NCBI GenBank assembly: GCA_965218975.1
Contig: OZ244717.1
Location: 1,504,001 to 1,568,000 of the forward strand
Source: Candidatus Oxydemutatoraceae bacterium
Lineage (GTDB): Bacteria; Pseudomonadota; Gammaproteobacteria; Poriferisulfidales; Oxydemutatoraceae
Reading direction: 5' to 3'
Length of the DNA stretch: 64,000 nt
Positions 1-9,214 of the stretch are shown one piece after another (positions within the stretch are counted from its first letter, which is position 1; every line of letters starts with the position of its first letter). Made by a program: the position numbers and the translations under genes. The notes below the pieces were generated by a model. It was not told the DNA's origin, ran no database searches, and saw only the letters and a list, made by a program, of their open reading frames with translations.

Positions 1-92
1 AAGCAGCTTTTTATCTGACTAGCGTGTGTATGTTTGCCAGCGCGTTGTTATTAGTATTTTTAACTCCGGAAACAAGTGCCGAAAAATAAAGC

Positions 93-557
93 ATGATCAG
101 CGCGGCGCATCAATTGACTCGGTGCTTATTTCTGTCGGCAGTTGTTGTGCTTATTGGTGGATGTAGCGAACGAGAGATTGTAAGCACTGCTACGATTGGT
201 GATCGCCAATTTATTATTGAGACAGTTTGTAGTGAGATGGTGCGAGCGCAAGGTTTGTCAAAAAGAACTTCACTACCGGAAGGCAAAGGGATGCTATTCA
301 TTTTTAATTCCATTGATTATCATGGAATTTGGATGAGAGATATGAGCTTCCCAATTGATATTATGTGGATTAATGAACTTAGATCTATTGTTCACATTGA
401 AGAAAAGGTGTTACCAGACACTTACCCAAAGATTTTCAAGCCGCCAACACCGGCATTGTATGTCCTGGAAGTTCCGGCAGGTACAAGTGCCGGAATTAGT
501 TTAGGCACTATGGTAGATTTAAAAAATATTTCACCCGCACAAGTGCCATGCCGTTGA
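93..557 (+). CDS. DUF192 family protein, possible lipoprotein
   Basis: GLSKR..LPEGKGMLFIF, WMRDMSFPIDIMWI and YVLEVPAG motifs typical of DUF192; hydrophobic N-terminus ending IGGC. Confidence 0.8.
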   Translation: MISAAHQLTRCLFLSAVVVLIGGCSEREIVSTATIGDRQFIIETVCSEMVRAQGLSKRTSLPEGKGMLFIFNSIDYHGIWMRDMSFPIDIMWINELRSIVHIEEKVLPDTYPKIFKPPTPALYVLEVPAGTSAGISLGTMVDLKNISPAQVPCR

Positions 558-729
558 TACTTACGGTATTTCAGCTTAAATGCAAAATCACGACTTAATA
601 AGATAATATAGTTTCCAAGGATAACTGCTTAAATAAGCAAATAAAATAATCGAAACGATAACCTCAACGATATCGATATCATAACGAAGATAGAAGGAGG
701 CTTGCTTTTAGGAATGTGTAACAGCCGGT

Positions 730-764
730 TTGACGCCATTAAGTAATAAATGGATAATGCGCCG
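730..764 (+). promoter_or_regulatory. sigma70 promoter of tRNA-Glu with GC-rich discriminator
   Basis: TTGACG (730-735), 17 nt, GATAAT (753-758), then GCGCCG just upstream of the tRNA; stable-RNA promoter layout. Confidence 0.65.
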
Positions 765-770
765 TTTCCC

Positions 771-843
771 GTCCCCATCGTCTAGAGGCCTAGGACATCG
801 CCCTTTCACGGCGGCAACGGGGGTTCGAATCCCCCTGGGGACG
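771..843 (+). tRNA. tRNA-Glu (anticodon TTC); CCA not encoded
   Basis: Acceptor stem GTCCCCA/TGGGGAC, D-loop TAGAGGCCTAGGAC, anticodon loop CTTTCAC, T-loop GTTCGAATC; discriminator G843 followed by CAT. Confidence 0.95.
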
Positions 844-845
844 CA

Positions 846-1619
846 TCAGCGACGTAATCCGACCCCTTTATGCATCAAATAAAGGCATAAAGTTGCTAAT
901 AAAATAATGAACAATAAAATAATTAGAGTGGATAGTAATGGTGAAATATCCCCAACACCGAGCATGCCGTGCCGGAATCCGTTCACCATATAAAGAATCG
1001 GGTTAAATAGAGAAATTTGTTGCCAAAACTCGGGGAGCAAACGGATAGAATAAAAAATTCCCCCTAAATAGGTAAGTGGGGTCAAAACAAAGGTGGGTAT
1101 GATTGAAATATCATCAAAGCTTTTGGCGTACATCCCGTTGATAAAACCTGCCATTGAAAAGAGGGTAGCGGTAAGCACCAAAATCAAAAATGCCAGCCCT
1201 AAATTGACAAGCGGCAACGTTGTAAACAATAACGAAATTAAAAATACGACACTGCTCGCTATGATCCCCCGTGCAATCCCACCAATCACAAAACCGATCA
1301 AAACCAAGTAGTTTGGCATCGGAGAAATTAATAATTCCTCAATATGTCGCTGAAATTTACTGCTGTAAAAAGAGGAAGCGACATTGGCATAAGAATTTGT
1401 AATGACAACCATTAAAATTAAACCCGGCACGATATAATCAATATAGCGAAAGTTATTGATATCGTTCAATTGCGCACCGATGAATTGGCCAAAAATGAAA
1501 AAGTACAATGCAGTAGTAATCGCCGGCGGCAGAATAGTCTGAACCCAAATACGCATAAAACGTTGAACCTCTTTTCGAGCTAAAGTAGTGAGAGCAATGA
1601 ATTGTTCAGTGGGTGGCAT
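846..1619 (-). CDS. yadH: ABC-2 transporter permease (YadH-like)
   Basis: RFMRIWVQTILPPAIT, YIDYIVPGLILM, FQRHIEELL; about six TM segments; follows its ATPase. Confidence 0.9.
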   Translation of the reverse strand: MPPTEQFIALTTLARKEVQRFMRIWVQTILPPAITTALYFFIFGQFIGAQLNDINNFRYIDYIVPGLILMVVITNSYANVASSFYSSKFQRHIEELLISPMPNYLVLIGFVIGGIARGIIASSVVFLISLLFTTLPLVNLGLAFLILVLTATLFSMAGFINGMYAKSFDDISIIPTFVLTPLTYLGGIFYSIRLLPEFWQQISLFNPILYMVNGFRHGMLGVGDISPLLSTLIILLFIILLATLCLYLMHKGVGLRR

Positions 1620-1628
1620 GATGTTTTA

Positions 1629-2552
1629 TTATGAAACAATTTGTAGAAAAAGTTCTTCGAGGCGATTGGTTTTATTTCTGATCCCAAGTATAGGAATATT
1701 AAGCGCCTCTAGCTGAGCAAATATTTGAGCAAGATCTCTTTGACCGTCGACAGTAACGTCAAGTGTCATTTCATCGCTTAAGTGTGTTATAGCGAACTGT
1801 AGCGAAGGAGGTGTTTTAAGCGGAGATTTTAAATATAACGTGTACGTTTCGCTGTTAAGCTTACTTAGTAATTTCCGCATTGTCGTGTCTTCAATAATTC
1901 TTCCTTGGTCAATAATCGCAATATTACGACACCAATTTTCCGCTTCTTCTAAATAATGAGTAGTCAAAATAATCGTAGTTCCCTGCCGATTAAGTTGATT
2001 CATGAATTTCCAAATCAGGCGTCTGACTTCAATATCGACACCGGCAGTCGGTTCATCAAGAATGAGTAGACGCGGGTGATGCATCAGAGCGCGTGTGATC
2101 ATCAAACGGCGTTTCATTCCTCCGGATAGTTGACGCATCTCAACATCGCGCACGCCCCACAATGCCAATTCTTTTAAATATTGCTCGGCACGCGCTTTGG
2201 CGACTTTCCTTGGCAAACCGTAATAACCCGCCTGATTCAGAACGACGTCAATTGCTCGCTCAAACTGATTGAAGTTAAATTCCTGAGGTACTAAACCGAT
2301 TAGCACTTTTGCTTGAGAGGCAAAATTTTTAATGTCGTATCCATAAATTTTGACTTGTCCTGAAGTCGGATTGACCAATGAAGTTATAATGCCGATAGCC
2401 GTTGATTTTCCGGCACCATTTGGACCTAGTAATGCAAAGAAATCGCCATCGCGTACAATTAAATCAATACCTTTTAACGCATGGAAACGATTGGCATAAA
2501 TTTTATGAAGCTTGTTTATTGCTAAGGCTATTGTGCCGGACATTGCGTGCAT
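1629..2552 (-). CDS. yadG: ABC transporter ATP-binding protein (YadG-like)
   Basis: GPNGAGKS, LSGGMKRR, ILDEPTAGVD, TTHYLEEAE, C-terminal NRLEELF. Confidence 0.9.
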   Translation of the reverse strand: MHAMSGTIALAINKLHKIYANRFHALKGIDLIVRDGDFFALLGPNGAGKSTAIGIITSLVNPTSGQVKIYGYDIKNFASQAKVLIGLVPQEFNFNQFERAIDVVLNQAGYYGLPRKVAKARAEQYLKELALWGVRDVEMRQLSGGMKRRLMITRALMHHPRLLILDEPTAGVDIEVRRLIWKFMNQLNRQGTTIILTTHYLEEAENWCRNIAIIDQGRIIEDTTMRKLLSKLNSETYTLYLKSPLKTPPSLQFAITHLSDEMTLDVTVDGQRDLAQIFAQLEALNIPILGIRNKTNRLEELFLQIVS

Positions 2553-2762
2553 ATTTTACCGGATGAGTGTCATATCTGGTAGGGCGTGTACATGTCCAAT
2601 ACATTCTGGGCCTTGTAGCAGAGCGCTTCCGATTGACATTTATCCATAAAAAACTATCATAATGCAGGTTTTTATCTCAGACTCTCTGCATCAATTCAAT
2701 CATATTTTTAATGACTCCACATTACCACAAGGGATGTGTGCCAATTTGGAGAATTTCACAAG

Positions 2763-3386
2763 ATGACGACTCAGTGGATTCGCTATGAATATCAATCGCA
2801 AGCAGGCTTTGGCACCTTTGATAAAGGATTGATTCAGCCTCATTCCGGGGATATGTTCGGCGTGTCAAAATTTGCCGATGTGCCTATATTAATAAGTGAT
2901 GTTCGACAAAAAACACCCACTAAACCCTCGAAGATGATCGCTTTGTGGAATAATTATCACGCACTTGCTAATGAAAAGAGATTAACTAAACCGAAGACGC
3001 CGCTTTATTTGATTAAATCTCCAAATTGTTATCTTGCTAACGAAGAAGTAATTCGGCATCCATCGCACTATCAAGGAAAGGTGTTTTACGAAGGAGAAAT
3101 TGGCATCGTGATTGGAAAAACTGCTAAAAATTTAGTCACTATCGAACAAGCTGCCGAACATATTTTCGGATATATATGCGTCAATGATGTTACTGCTTTC
3201 GATCTATTAAAAGAAGAAGACAATTTTGATCAATGGACGCGTGCTAAAGGATTTGATACTTTCGGCGTTTTCGGGCCGGTTATTGAAACGGAGCTTGATT
3301 TTGGAACATGCGAAGTTACGACAAGTATTAACGATAAAATAGTCCAACGCTATCCGATCGGAATAGGTGTGTTAAAAAATCGTTAA
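2763..3386 (+). pseudogene. Fumarylacetoacetate hydrolase family protein with an apparent in-frame internal deletion near the C-terminus
   Basis: YEGEIGIVIGK, GYICVNDVTA and RAKGFDTFGVFGP present; QRYPI is joined directly to GIGVLKNR, so the usual DMIF...TLxPGDVIxxGT segment is missing. Start taken at ATG 2763. Confidence 0.6.
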
Positions 3387-3392
3387 CTATTT

Positions 3393-3420
3393 AGTTCGTA
3401 TAATATATATTATGTTAAAT
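3393..3420 (+). other. dif: dif site (XerC/XerD chromosome dimer resolution site)
   Basis: AGTTCGTATAA-TATATA-TTATGTTAAAT: exact 11-bp XerD arm, 6-bp core, XerC arm close to the proteobacterial consensus; intergenic. Confidence 0.9.
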
Positions 3421-3423
3421 TTC

Positions 3424-3949
3424 AGGTTGCGTCGCCCGCACCGGGCAGAATTTCGGCAGCTTTGGCGAATCTCGGCAGCAGTAAAGTCTTTGAGCTGATG
3501 AAACCGTTTTGTGTTTGTTGGTGAATGCTCAGCAAAGTGCCTGTCGTCCATGACGAGACTTGGTTCTGTCAATGAGCGCCAGCCCCGACGTCCTTGTCGG
3601 GTCGTTCGCCGCTACGTGTTCACCTTCATTGACCCGCGCGCGTTGCGTTCGCGTGGGCTTCCACGTTTATGAAGGACTTCGAGACCGAGTTGAAACAGTG
3701 CCGGATCACCCTCTGGTGGACCTATCCGAAGTCGCCAAAGCTGAACGCGCACGTTGAGCGCTTCAACCGCACCTTGCAGGAATCACACGAGGATCTTCTG
3801 TTCACTGATGTGGCCTGCTTTAACCGGGAATTGGCGCAATGGCTGGTGTTTTGCAACACCCAACGCCCCATCATTCACTGGGGTTGCAATCCCCGATACA
3901 ATCGCTCCTGACTCACCACCCGGAGTGCCAAATGTTATGGACCTATACA
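3424..3949 (+). mobile_element. Decayed IS481-family element (copy A): transposase 3' part and right end
   Basis: Integrase-core remnant WWTYPKSPKLNAHVERFNRTLQE; terminus CCCGGAGTGCCAAATGTTATGGACCTATACA shared with 39637 and 42937; ends in ACA as IS481-family ends do. Confidence 0.75.
3529..3613 (+). repeat. Multi-hairpin repeat R1, copy 1 (3'-truncated)
   Basis: Matches 39022-39147, 39150-39252 and 44237-44362; palindromes TCGTC-CAT-GACGA and CCCGAC-GTCCTT-GTCGGG. Confidence 0.85.
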
Positions 3950-3954
3950 ATGGC

Positions 3955-3989
3955 TTGCTTTTATTACTTTAGGCGGTTATTGTTATGGT
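3955..3989 (+). promoter_or_regulatory. Putative sigma70 promoter of the lipoprotein gene
   Basis: TTGCTT, 17 nt, TATTGT (3978-3983); alternatively extended -10 TGtTATGGT; RBS AGGAGA before ATG 4086. Confidence 0.4.
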
Positions 3990-4085
3990 AAGGTCTTCCT
4001 ATGAGGAGCGACATCGTATCGCATTTCACGAAGCCTTAGCCTTTAAAATAATTGAGTATTAAACATTTTCTACTAGGAGAATACA

Positions 4086-4349
4086 ATGAAACTGAAACCA
4101 CTAGCGCTATTTTTTGTCATTTTTGCTGCTGCATTGATTTCAGGTTGCGGAGGCGGTGCCGCTATGCACATGGAAATGGATGAGAAAATGAATGAGGTCA
4201 GAGCGACTGCAGAAGAAGCTCTGAGAACTGCGAATACAGCCGACTATAATGCCTCAGTTGCCAAACAATTGGCGGATGAAGCTATGACTATGATGCAGAT
4301 GCGGATGATGAAAGGCAAGATGAAAAATAAGATGGATTACCACAAGTAA
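4086..4349 (+). CDS. Lpp/OprI-like alanine-zipper outer-membrane lipoprotein
   Basis: Lipobox LISGC (Cys21), Ala-rich coiled coil AEEALRTANTA...AKQLADEA, C-terminal YHK; adjacent to an L,D-transpeptidase. Confidence 0.75.
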   Translation: MKLKPLALFFVIFAAALISGCGGGAAMHMEMDEKMNEVRATAEEALRTANTADYNASVAKQLADEAMTMMQMRMMKGKMKNKMDYHK

Positions 4350-4370
4350 TAATCAAGTAATTTGCACTTT

Positions 4371-4403
4371 AAAATAAGGGGCTTACACAAAAAGCCCCTT
4401 TTA
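4371..4403. terminator. Probable bidirectional intrinsic terminator
   Basis: Stem AAGGGGCTT / AAGCCCCTT flanked by A-rich and T-rich tracts, between convergent genes. Confidence 0.7.
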
Positions 4404-4437
4404 TCTTTGCTTCCGTTTCGTCGCAAAAATCCATTGA

Positions 4438-5424
4438 CTAAAAAAGCGACGTTATCTTAGCAGCTGAATTTTTTATTTTTGTTGCGGTAGTAGGCATCGC
4501 TACTTCTGCCCATTGGGTATTATTGGCATCCAAATTAACTTCTTTGGGAATCCCCTCTTTCTGTTGAATCATTATGCCGATTAAATCCCAATTTAGTGAT
4601 TTATCGCTTTGAACTGCCGCTTCAATTATTTTTTGGATAGATTGAGTCAATGCATCCGCATAATCACGGTCCGACATGGTTATTGCCGTGTTAGCTTCAA
4701 AGTAAATGCTATTCCCTTCTACTGTAGATTTGTACGGTTCATGATAAATTTTTACCAGTGTTTTTCGTGTGATATCATCAAATAGCAGAGCAATATCATT
4801 AGGGCGTAAGCGAATGCAGCCGTGCGTCACTTTCATCCCGATTCCGTATGGTTTATTAGTGCCATGTATAAAGTAGCCGGGTAAATTTAATTTTAATGCA
4901 AATTTTCCGAGCGGGTTATTGGACCCTGGAAGAACGACTGCAGGCAGCGGATCGCCATTTAACTGGTGTTCGTGTCTGATCTCCGGTGTCGGGTACCAGT
5001 TCGGATTGATAATTTTATCCTCCACTGTAACTCTACCTACAGGCGTTTGCCATTCTTCCCGCCCGATACTAATAGGGAAAGTCATCACTTTATTTTGATC
5101 ATAGAAATAATATAGACGATATTCGGATAGGTTGATATGAATACCCTCACTTTTGTCTTCCGGCAAAATAAACCGCGTAGGTAAAACGATTTGGCTTCCT
5201 TCTGCCGGTAACCAAGGGTCAACTCCCGGATTGGCACGGATGAGTTCCTCGTATCCTAAATCAAATTGATGAGCAATTTTGATGAATGTATCCTCGCGAT
5301 GCGCACGAATAGTTTTAACTTCGCCAATAACATTGTGAGCTTTATTGAGTGTATAAGTGTCCGAAAACGCTGTAAAATGCGTCCCTAACAGCAAAAACAA
5401 TGTTATTTTTAGAGCCGTTCTCAT
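4438..5424 (-). CDS. L,D-transpeptidase (ErfK/YbiS/YcfS family) with LysM-like N-terminus
   Basis: ANPGVDPWLP, INLSEYRLYY, NPLGKFAL, catalytic IHGTNKPYGIGMKVTHGCIRL. Confidence 0.92.
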   Translation of the reverse strand: MRTALKITLFLLLGTHFTAFSDTYTLNKAHNVIGEVKTIRAHREDTFIKIAHQFDLGYEELIRANPGVDPWLPAEGSQIVLPTRFILPEDKSEGIHINLSEYRLYYFYDQNKVMTFPISIGREEWQTPVGRVTVEDKIINPNWYPTPEIRHEHQLNGDPLPAVVLPGSNNPLGKFALKLNLPGYFIHGTNKPYGIGMKVTHGCIRLRPNDIALLFDDITRKTLVKIYHEPYKSTVEGNSIYFEANTAITMSDRDYADALTQSIQKIIEAAVQSDKSLNWDLIGIMIQQKEGIPKEVNLDANNTQWAEVAMPTTATKIKNSAAKITSLF

Positions 5425-5444
5425 TTTGGTAATCAGTATACCTA

Positions 5445-6605
5445 ATGTCTATTTATCATTCGGAGTTTCCTATTGCAAGCGATATTTTGCACTTTAATCA
5501 TGCAGGTATCGCCCCATGGCCACAAAGGACAATTAAAAGAATTCACCAATTTGCGAATGAAAATGCATGTTCAGAAAACTTACATTATAGTAAACGAAAT
5601 AAACTTTTGAATAGATTACGCCGACAATGCACGCGACTATTGGGCGCGGATATGCCTGAGGAGATTGCATTCACAAAGAATACTTCGGAAGGCTTGTCAC
5701 TCATTGCAGGCGGATTAGATTGGAAGGCCGATGAAAACATTGTATTGAGTAGTATAGAGTTCCCTTCCAATCGCATTGTTTGGGAAGCCTTTGCACATCG
5801 CTTCAATATCGAAATACGTTTGGTCCGACCCGATCCGGATATTTCCCTAGAAGATGCATTAATTGCACAGATTGATGAAAAAACGCGCTTACTAACAACG
5901 AGCTCGGTGCAATACGCAACGGGCTACCGCATGGACCTAAATAAATTGGGTCGTGCGTGTTGCGAACGGCAAGTATTATTTTGCGTTGACGCAATCCAAA
6001 GCTTAGGAGCTGTTCCATTCAAAGTCAACGAATGCTATGCCGATTTTGTTTGTGCCGATGGGCATAAATGGCTATTAAGCCCCGAAGGTACCGGTCTATT
6101 TTACTGCCGAAAAAAACATTGGAAGACACTATGCTTGAATCAGTTTGGTTGGCATATGGTGAAAAATGCAGGTGATTACGATCAAGTTGATTGGGAAGCC
6201 GCCTCTTCTGCAACGCGATTTGAGTGTGGGAGCATGAATCATTTAGGTTTATTTGCGTTATCCGAAAGTTTGGAACTTTTATTTGAAGTCGGGATCGAAA
6301 ATATCAGTAGAAAAATAATGAAAAATACTAGATATCTAATTGAGAATATTGATAAAAATTTATTCACGACAGTGACACCCGAAGTACAATCTCACCATGC
6401 CGGTATTCTAACAGTGCGCCTGCGGTCAGCAGACTCAGTAGACAATAATACGCTTTACCGTTATTTGACTGCAAAACGGATTCTCTGCGCTCCACGCGCC
6501 GGAGGTATTCGTCTATCGCCGCATTTTTATACAGATAAACAAAGTTTACAGTCCGTATTGAGACAGCTACACCATGGAGCTGTACGTCTCAGTACAAAGA
6601 CTTGA
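5445..6605 (+). CDS. Class V PLP-dependent aminotransferase (cysteine desulfurase-like)
   Basis: FNHAGIAP, NTSEGL, VDAIQSLG, PLP lysine in DGHKWLLSPEG, RLSPHFY. Confidence 0.85.
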   Translation: MSIYHSEFPIASDILHFNHAGIAPWPQRTIKRIHQFANENACSENLHYSKRNKLLNRLRRQCTRLLGADMPEEIAFTKNTSEGLSLIAGGLDWKADENIVLSSIEFPSNRIVWEAFAHRFNIEIRLVRPDPDISLEDALIAQIDEKTRLLTTSSVQYATGYRMDLNKLGRACCERQVLFCVDAIQSLGAVPFKVNECYADFVCADGHKWLLSPEGTGLFYCRKKHWKTLCLNQFGWHMVKNAGDYDQVDWEAASSATRFECGSMNHLGLFALSESLELLFEVGIENISRKIMKNTRYLIENIDKNLFTTVTPEVQSHHAGILTVRLRSADSVDNNTLYRYLTAKRILCAPRAGGIRLSPHFYTDKQSLQSVLRQLHHGAVRLSTKT

Positions 6606-6625
6606 TTATGTGATCAGCGCCCATT

Positions 6626-7573
6626 TTACTTCGTATATATTGAGCGAAACTCAAGCAAAGCGCTTTCCAACATTAATTGCGGATTCAGTCGCACATCAAG
6701 TGAACGGTAATGCGCAACTTGACGATCATATAGTTTATATAGTCGCGCGATATCAATCGCAGAGTTCTTCCCTAAGCAATGAGTAAGGATACTCTTGTGC
6801 GTCATATTTAAAAGCCATCGATAAATTTGATGCGACGGACACTTGCTCCATTTATTTACAACATCATTGAGTTTAATCGAATCATCCAATAATGCTTGGC
6901 AATCGGCATTAAATTCAACCAAACTTTGACGCTCTTCCCCGGCACACAACATATCGTAAGCATCTAACGGTTGTAATGACGATATATCTCCAAGCATTAA
7001 TACAAGATCTTCAGTTGAGTAATCAATCTGCTCCTTAAGCCAACGGATGGCTTCATCTTTATCAACATCAGGAAAATATATCTTTTGGCAGCGACTAATG
7101 ACAGTTGACAGCAAACGTGATGGTTGCGAGCTGACGAGCAAAATTTTGCATTCTGCCGGCGGTTCTTCTAAAGTTTTTAACAAGCTGTTTGCTGCCGAAC
7201 GCGTCATCGCATCCGCCGATATGACGACGGTTACTTTGCCATGACCGTAATGGTCGGTCGTATGCAAAAAATTGCCGACTTCTCGGATGTCATCGACTTG
7301 AATGCTACTGCCGTTCTTATTAGGTTCAATGAGTTGAAAATCCGGATGATTGCTTGTCTCGAATAGCCGACAGGAGTGGCATTGCATGCAAGGCTTTTGC
7401 TCTAAACTTGAATCGCACAATATTACATGAGCAAATTTTTTACTAAAAATATCAATACCAAGTCCACTATTACCGTGCAGTAGTAGTGCGTGGGGCAGTC
7501 TATCTTGTGACAGATATTTCAAGCAAAATTTCCATTGTTTTTTTTGCCAAAAGTATGGCGCATTATTAATCAT
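6626..7573 (-). CDS. holB: DNA polymerase III subunit delta'
   Basis: HALLLHG, zinc motif PCMQCHSC, HPDF, AANSLLKTLEEP, TVISRCQ; downstream of tmk. Confidence 0.93.
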   Translation of the reverse strand: MINNAPYFWQKKQWKFCLKYLSQDRLPHALLLHGNSGLGIDIFSKKFAHVILCDSSLEQKPCMQCHSCRLFETSNHPDFQLIEPNKNGSSIQVDDIREVGNFLHTTDHYGHGKVTVVISADAMTRSAANSLLKTLEEPPAECKILLVSSQPSRLLSTVISRCQKIYFPDVDKDEAIRWLKEQIDYSTEDLVLMLGDISSLQPLDAYDMLCAGEERQSLVEFNADCQALLDDSIKLNDVVNKWSKCPSHQIYRWLLNMTHKSILTHCLGKNSAIDIARLYKLYDRQVAHYRSLDVRLNPQLMLESALLEFRSIYTK

Positions 7574-7587
7574 TAATCTTATACCAC

Positions 7588-8217
7588 TCAGTGACTAAAT
7601 TCTGCCAGAATTTTCCGGATTTTTTGTTGCGTTACAGCCATATCAGGTTCAGTATTAATAACTCGCCAACGCTGTGGTTCTTGCCGAGCTAGTTCTCGAT
7701 AAACCGATTGCACGCGTTCAAAAAATGCTGAATCTTCCGATTCAAAACAGTCTTTTTCATTGCGTTTAGCAACGCGCTGTATAGATTTTTTTACGTCAAT
7801 ATCAAGTAGTAACGTTAAATCCGGTTTTAAGTCGCCGCAGACATACCGAATTAAATCTCGGATTAACATTTGAGAGATGCCACGTCCCCCTCCTTGATAC
7901 GCAAGGCTAGCGTCGGTAAACCGGTCTGAAATAACCCACTTCCCGCTTTGTAGGGCCGGTAGAATTATTTGATCAATATGGTCGGCGCGGTCGGCAAATA
8001 ATAGTCCTAGTTCGGCACGTGGACTGATAGCTCGTTTGGGTGTCAACAACCATTCGCGGATGGTACGTCCAAGCAAAGTTGCTCCCGGCTCACATGTCAC
8101 AATGCTATCAATGCCTCGTTCATGCAAGAAATTTTGAATTGTTGCAAGATGGGTTGTTTTACCCGCGCCTTCAATCCCTTCCAAAGTAATGAAACAAGCT
8201 GATGATTCTATTACCAT
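7588..8217 (-). CDS. tmk: Thymidylate kinase
   Basis: FITLEGIEGAGKTT, EPG, DRFTDASLAYQGGGRG, PDLTLLLD; likely start ATG 8217. Confidence 0.95.
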   Translation of the reverse strand: MVIESSACFITLEGIEGAGKTTHLATIQNFLHERGIDSIVTCEPGATLLGRTIREWLLTPKRAISPRAELGLLFADRADHIDQIILPALQSGKWVISDRFTDASLAYQGGGRGISQMLIRDLIRYVCGDLKPDLTLLLDIDVKKSIQRVAKRNEKDCFESEDSAFFERVQSVYRELARQEPQRWRVINTEPDMAVTQQKIRKILAEFSH

Positions 8218-8218
8218 A

Positions 8219-9214
8219 TCAACGCTTACGTTGGTACTGAATAACGGCCTGTTGATGTTCTTCATAGGTCTTTGAAAAAACGTGGCTATTATCCCCTTTT
8301 GCCACAAAGTACAAATCGCCGGTTATTGTGGGTTGAGCAACAGCGGACAAAGAATGCTTATCCGGCATTGCAATAGGTGTGGGTGGAAGACCATGTCTTG
8401 TATAAGTGTTATAGGGTGTATCAGTCCGTAAATCTTTCTTGCGGATGTTACCATTGAATTCTTTCCCCAGTCCATAAATAACGGTCGGATCGCTTTGCAA
8501 ACGCATTCCACGCTTTAAACGCGAGATAAATACTCCGGCGATACGCCTTTTTTCCGCGTTAAGAGTCGCTTCTTTTTCAACGATAGATGCTAAAATCAAT
8601 AGTTCATACATCGTCTTCAATGGTGAATCATCAGTAATCATAGGCCAATATTTTTCCAACATTTCTTTCATTTTCTCATACCCTTGTATTAATACTTTAA
8701 TGTTGCTTGTCATTTTATTAAACTGATAAGTATCGGGATAAATCCATCCTTCTAAAGGCTGGCCTTCCGGCACTCCTAGTTTCCGTGCAATGTGATTTGA
8801 ATCTGCACTGTCAATCCTTAACGTCGGTGTTTTAAGCATTGCTTGCAAGATTTGCTCGCTTGTCCACCCTTCAAAAATTGTAAATTTTTCAAGTATGACA
8901 TCATGTCGGATAAATTTTTGTAACAATGCGTCAAGCGTATCGCTAAGCGTAATTTTGTAGTTACCGGATTTTAAGTTCTGAGTTTGTTGCTGAAAACGCA
9001 CATGTAATTGCCAATAGAATGAATGGCTTAATAAATCTTCAGATTTTAGCCGTGCGCTAATTTGCTCAAAGCTTTCACCGTCTGATATTAAGAACTCTCG
9101 TTCGGTATCGGTAATTGAGGCATGATAAATATAATAATAGTAGTGTAATCCGAATAAAACGAGTAATAGCATGAACGCTAGAGCAAGCCATTTGATTTTT
9201 TGCGACAGTTTCAT
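8219..9214 (-). CDS. mltG: Endolytic transglycosylase MltG (YceG)
   Basis: LEGWIYPDTY, LASIVEKE, RLQSDPTVIYG, PYNTY, GLPPTPI. Confidence 0.95.
   Translation of the reverse strand: MKLSQKIKWLALAFMLLLVLFGLHYYYYIYHASITDTEREFLISDGESFEQISARLKSEDLLSHSFYWQLHVRFQQQTQNLKSGNYKITLSDTLDALLQKFIRHDVILEKFTIFEGWTSEQILQAMLKTPTLRIDSADSNHIARKLGVPEGQPLEGWIYPDTYQFNKMTSNIKVLIQGYEKMKEMLEKYWPMITDDSPLKTMYELLILASIVEKEATLNAEKRRIAGVFISRLKRGMRLQSDPTVIYGLGKEFNGNIRKKDLRTDTPYNTYTRHGLPPTPIAMPDKHSLSAVAQPTITGDLYFVAKGDNSHVFSKTYEEHQQAVIQYQRKR

Noticed and set aside
771-843. tRNA-Glu as an integration site
   Set aside because: No duplicated tRNA 3' end or integrase in the window
3387-3972. Small ORFs across IS copy A, and similar ORFs at 38516-39735, 42413-43019 and 44252-44559, as real genes
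   Set aside because: They are frames through frameshifted transposase pieces and R1/R2 repeats
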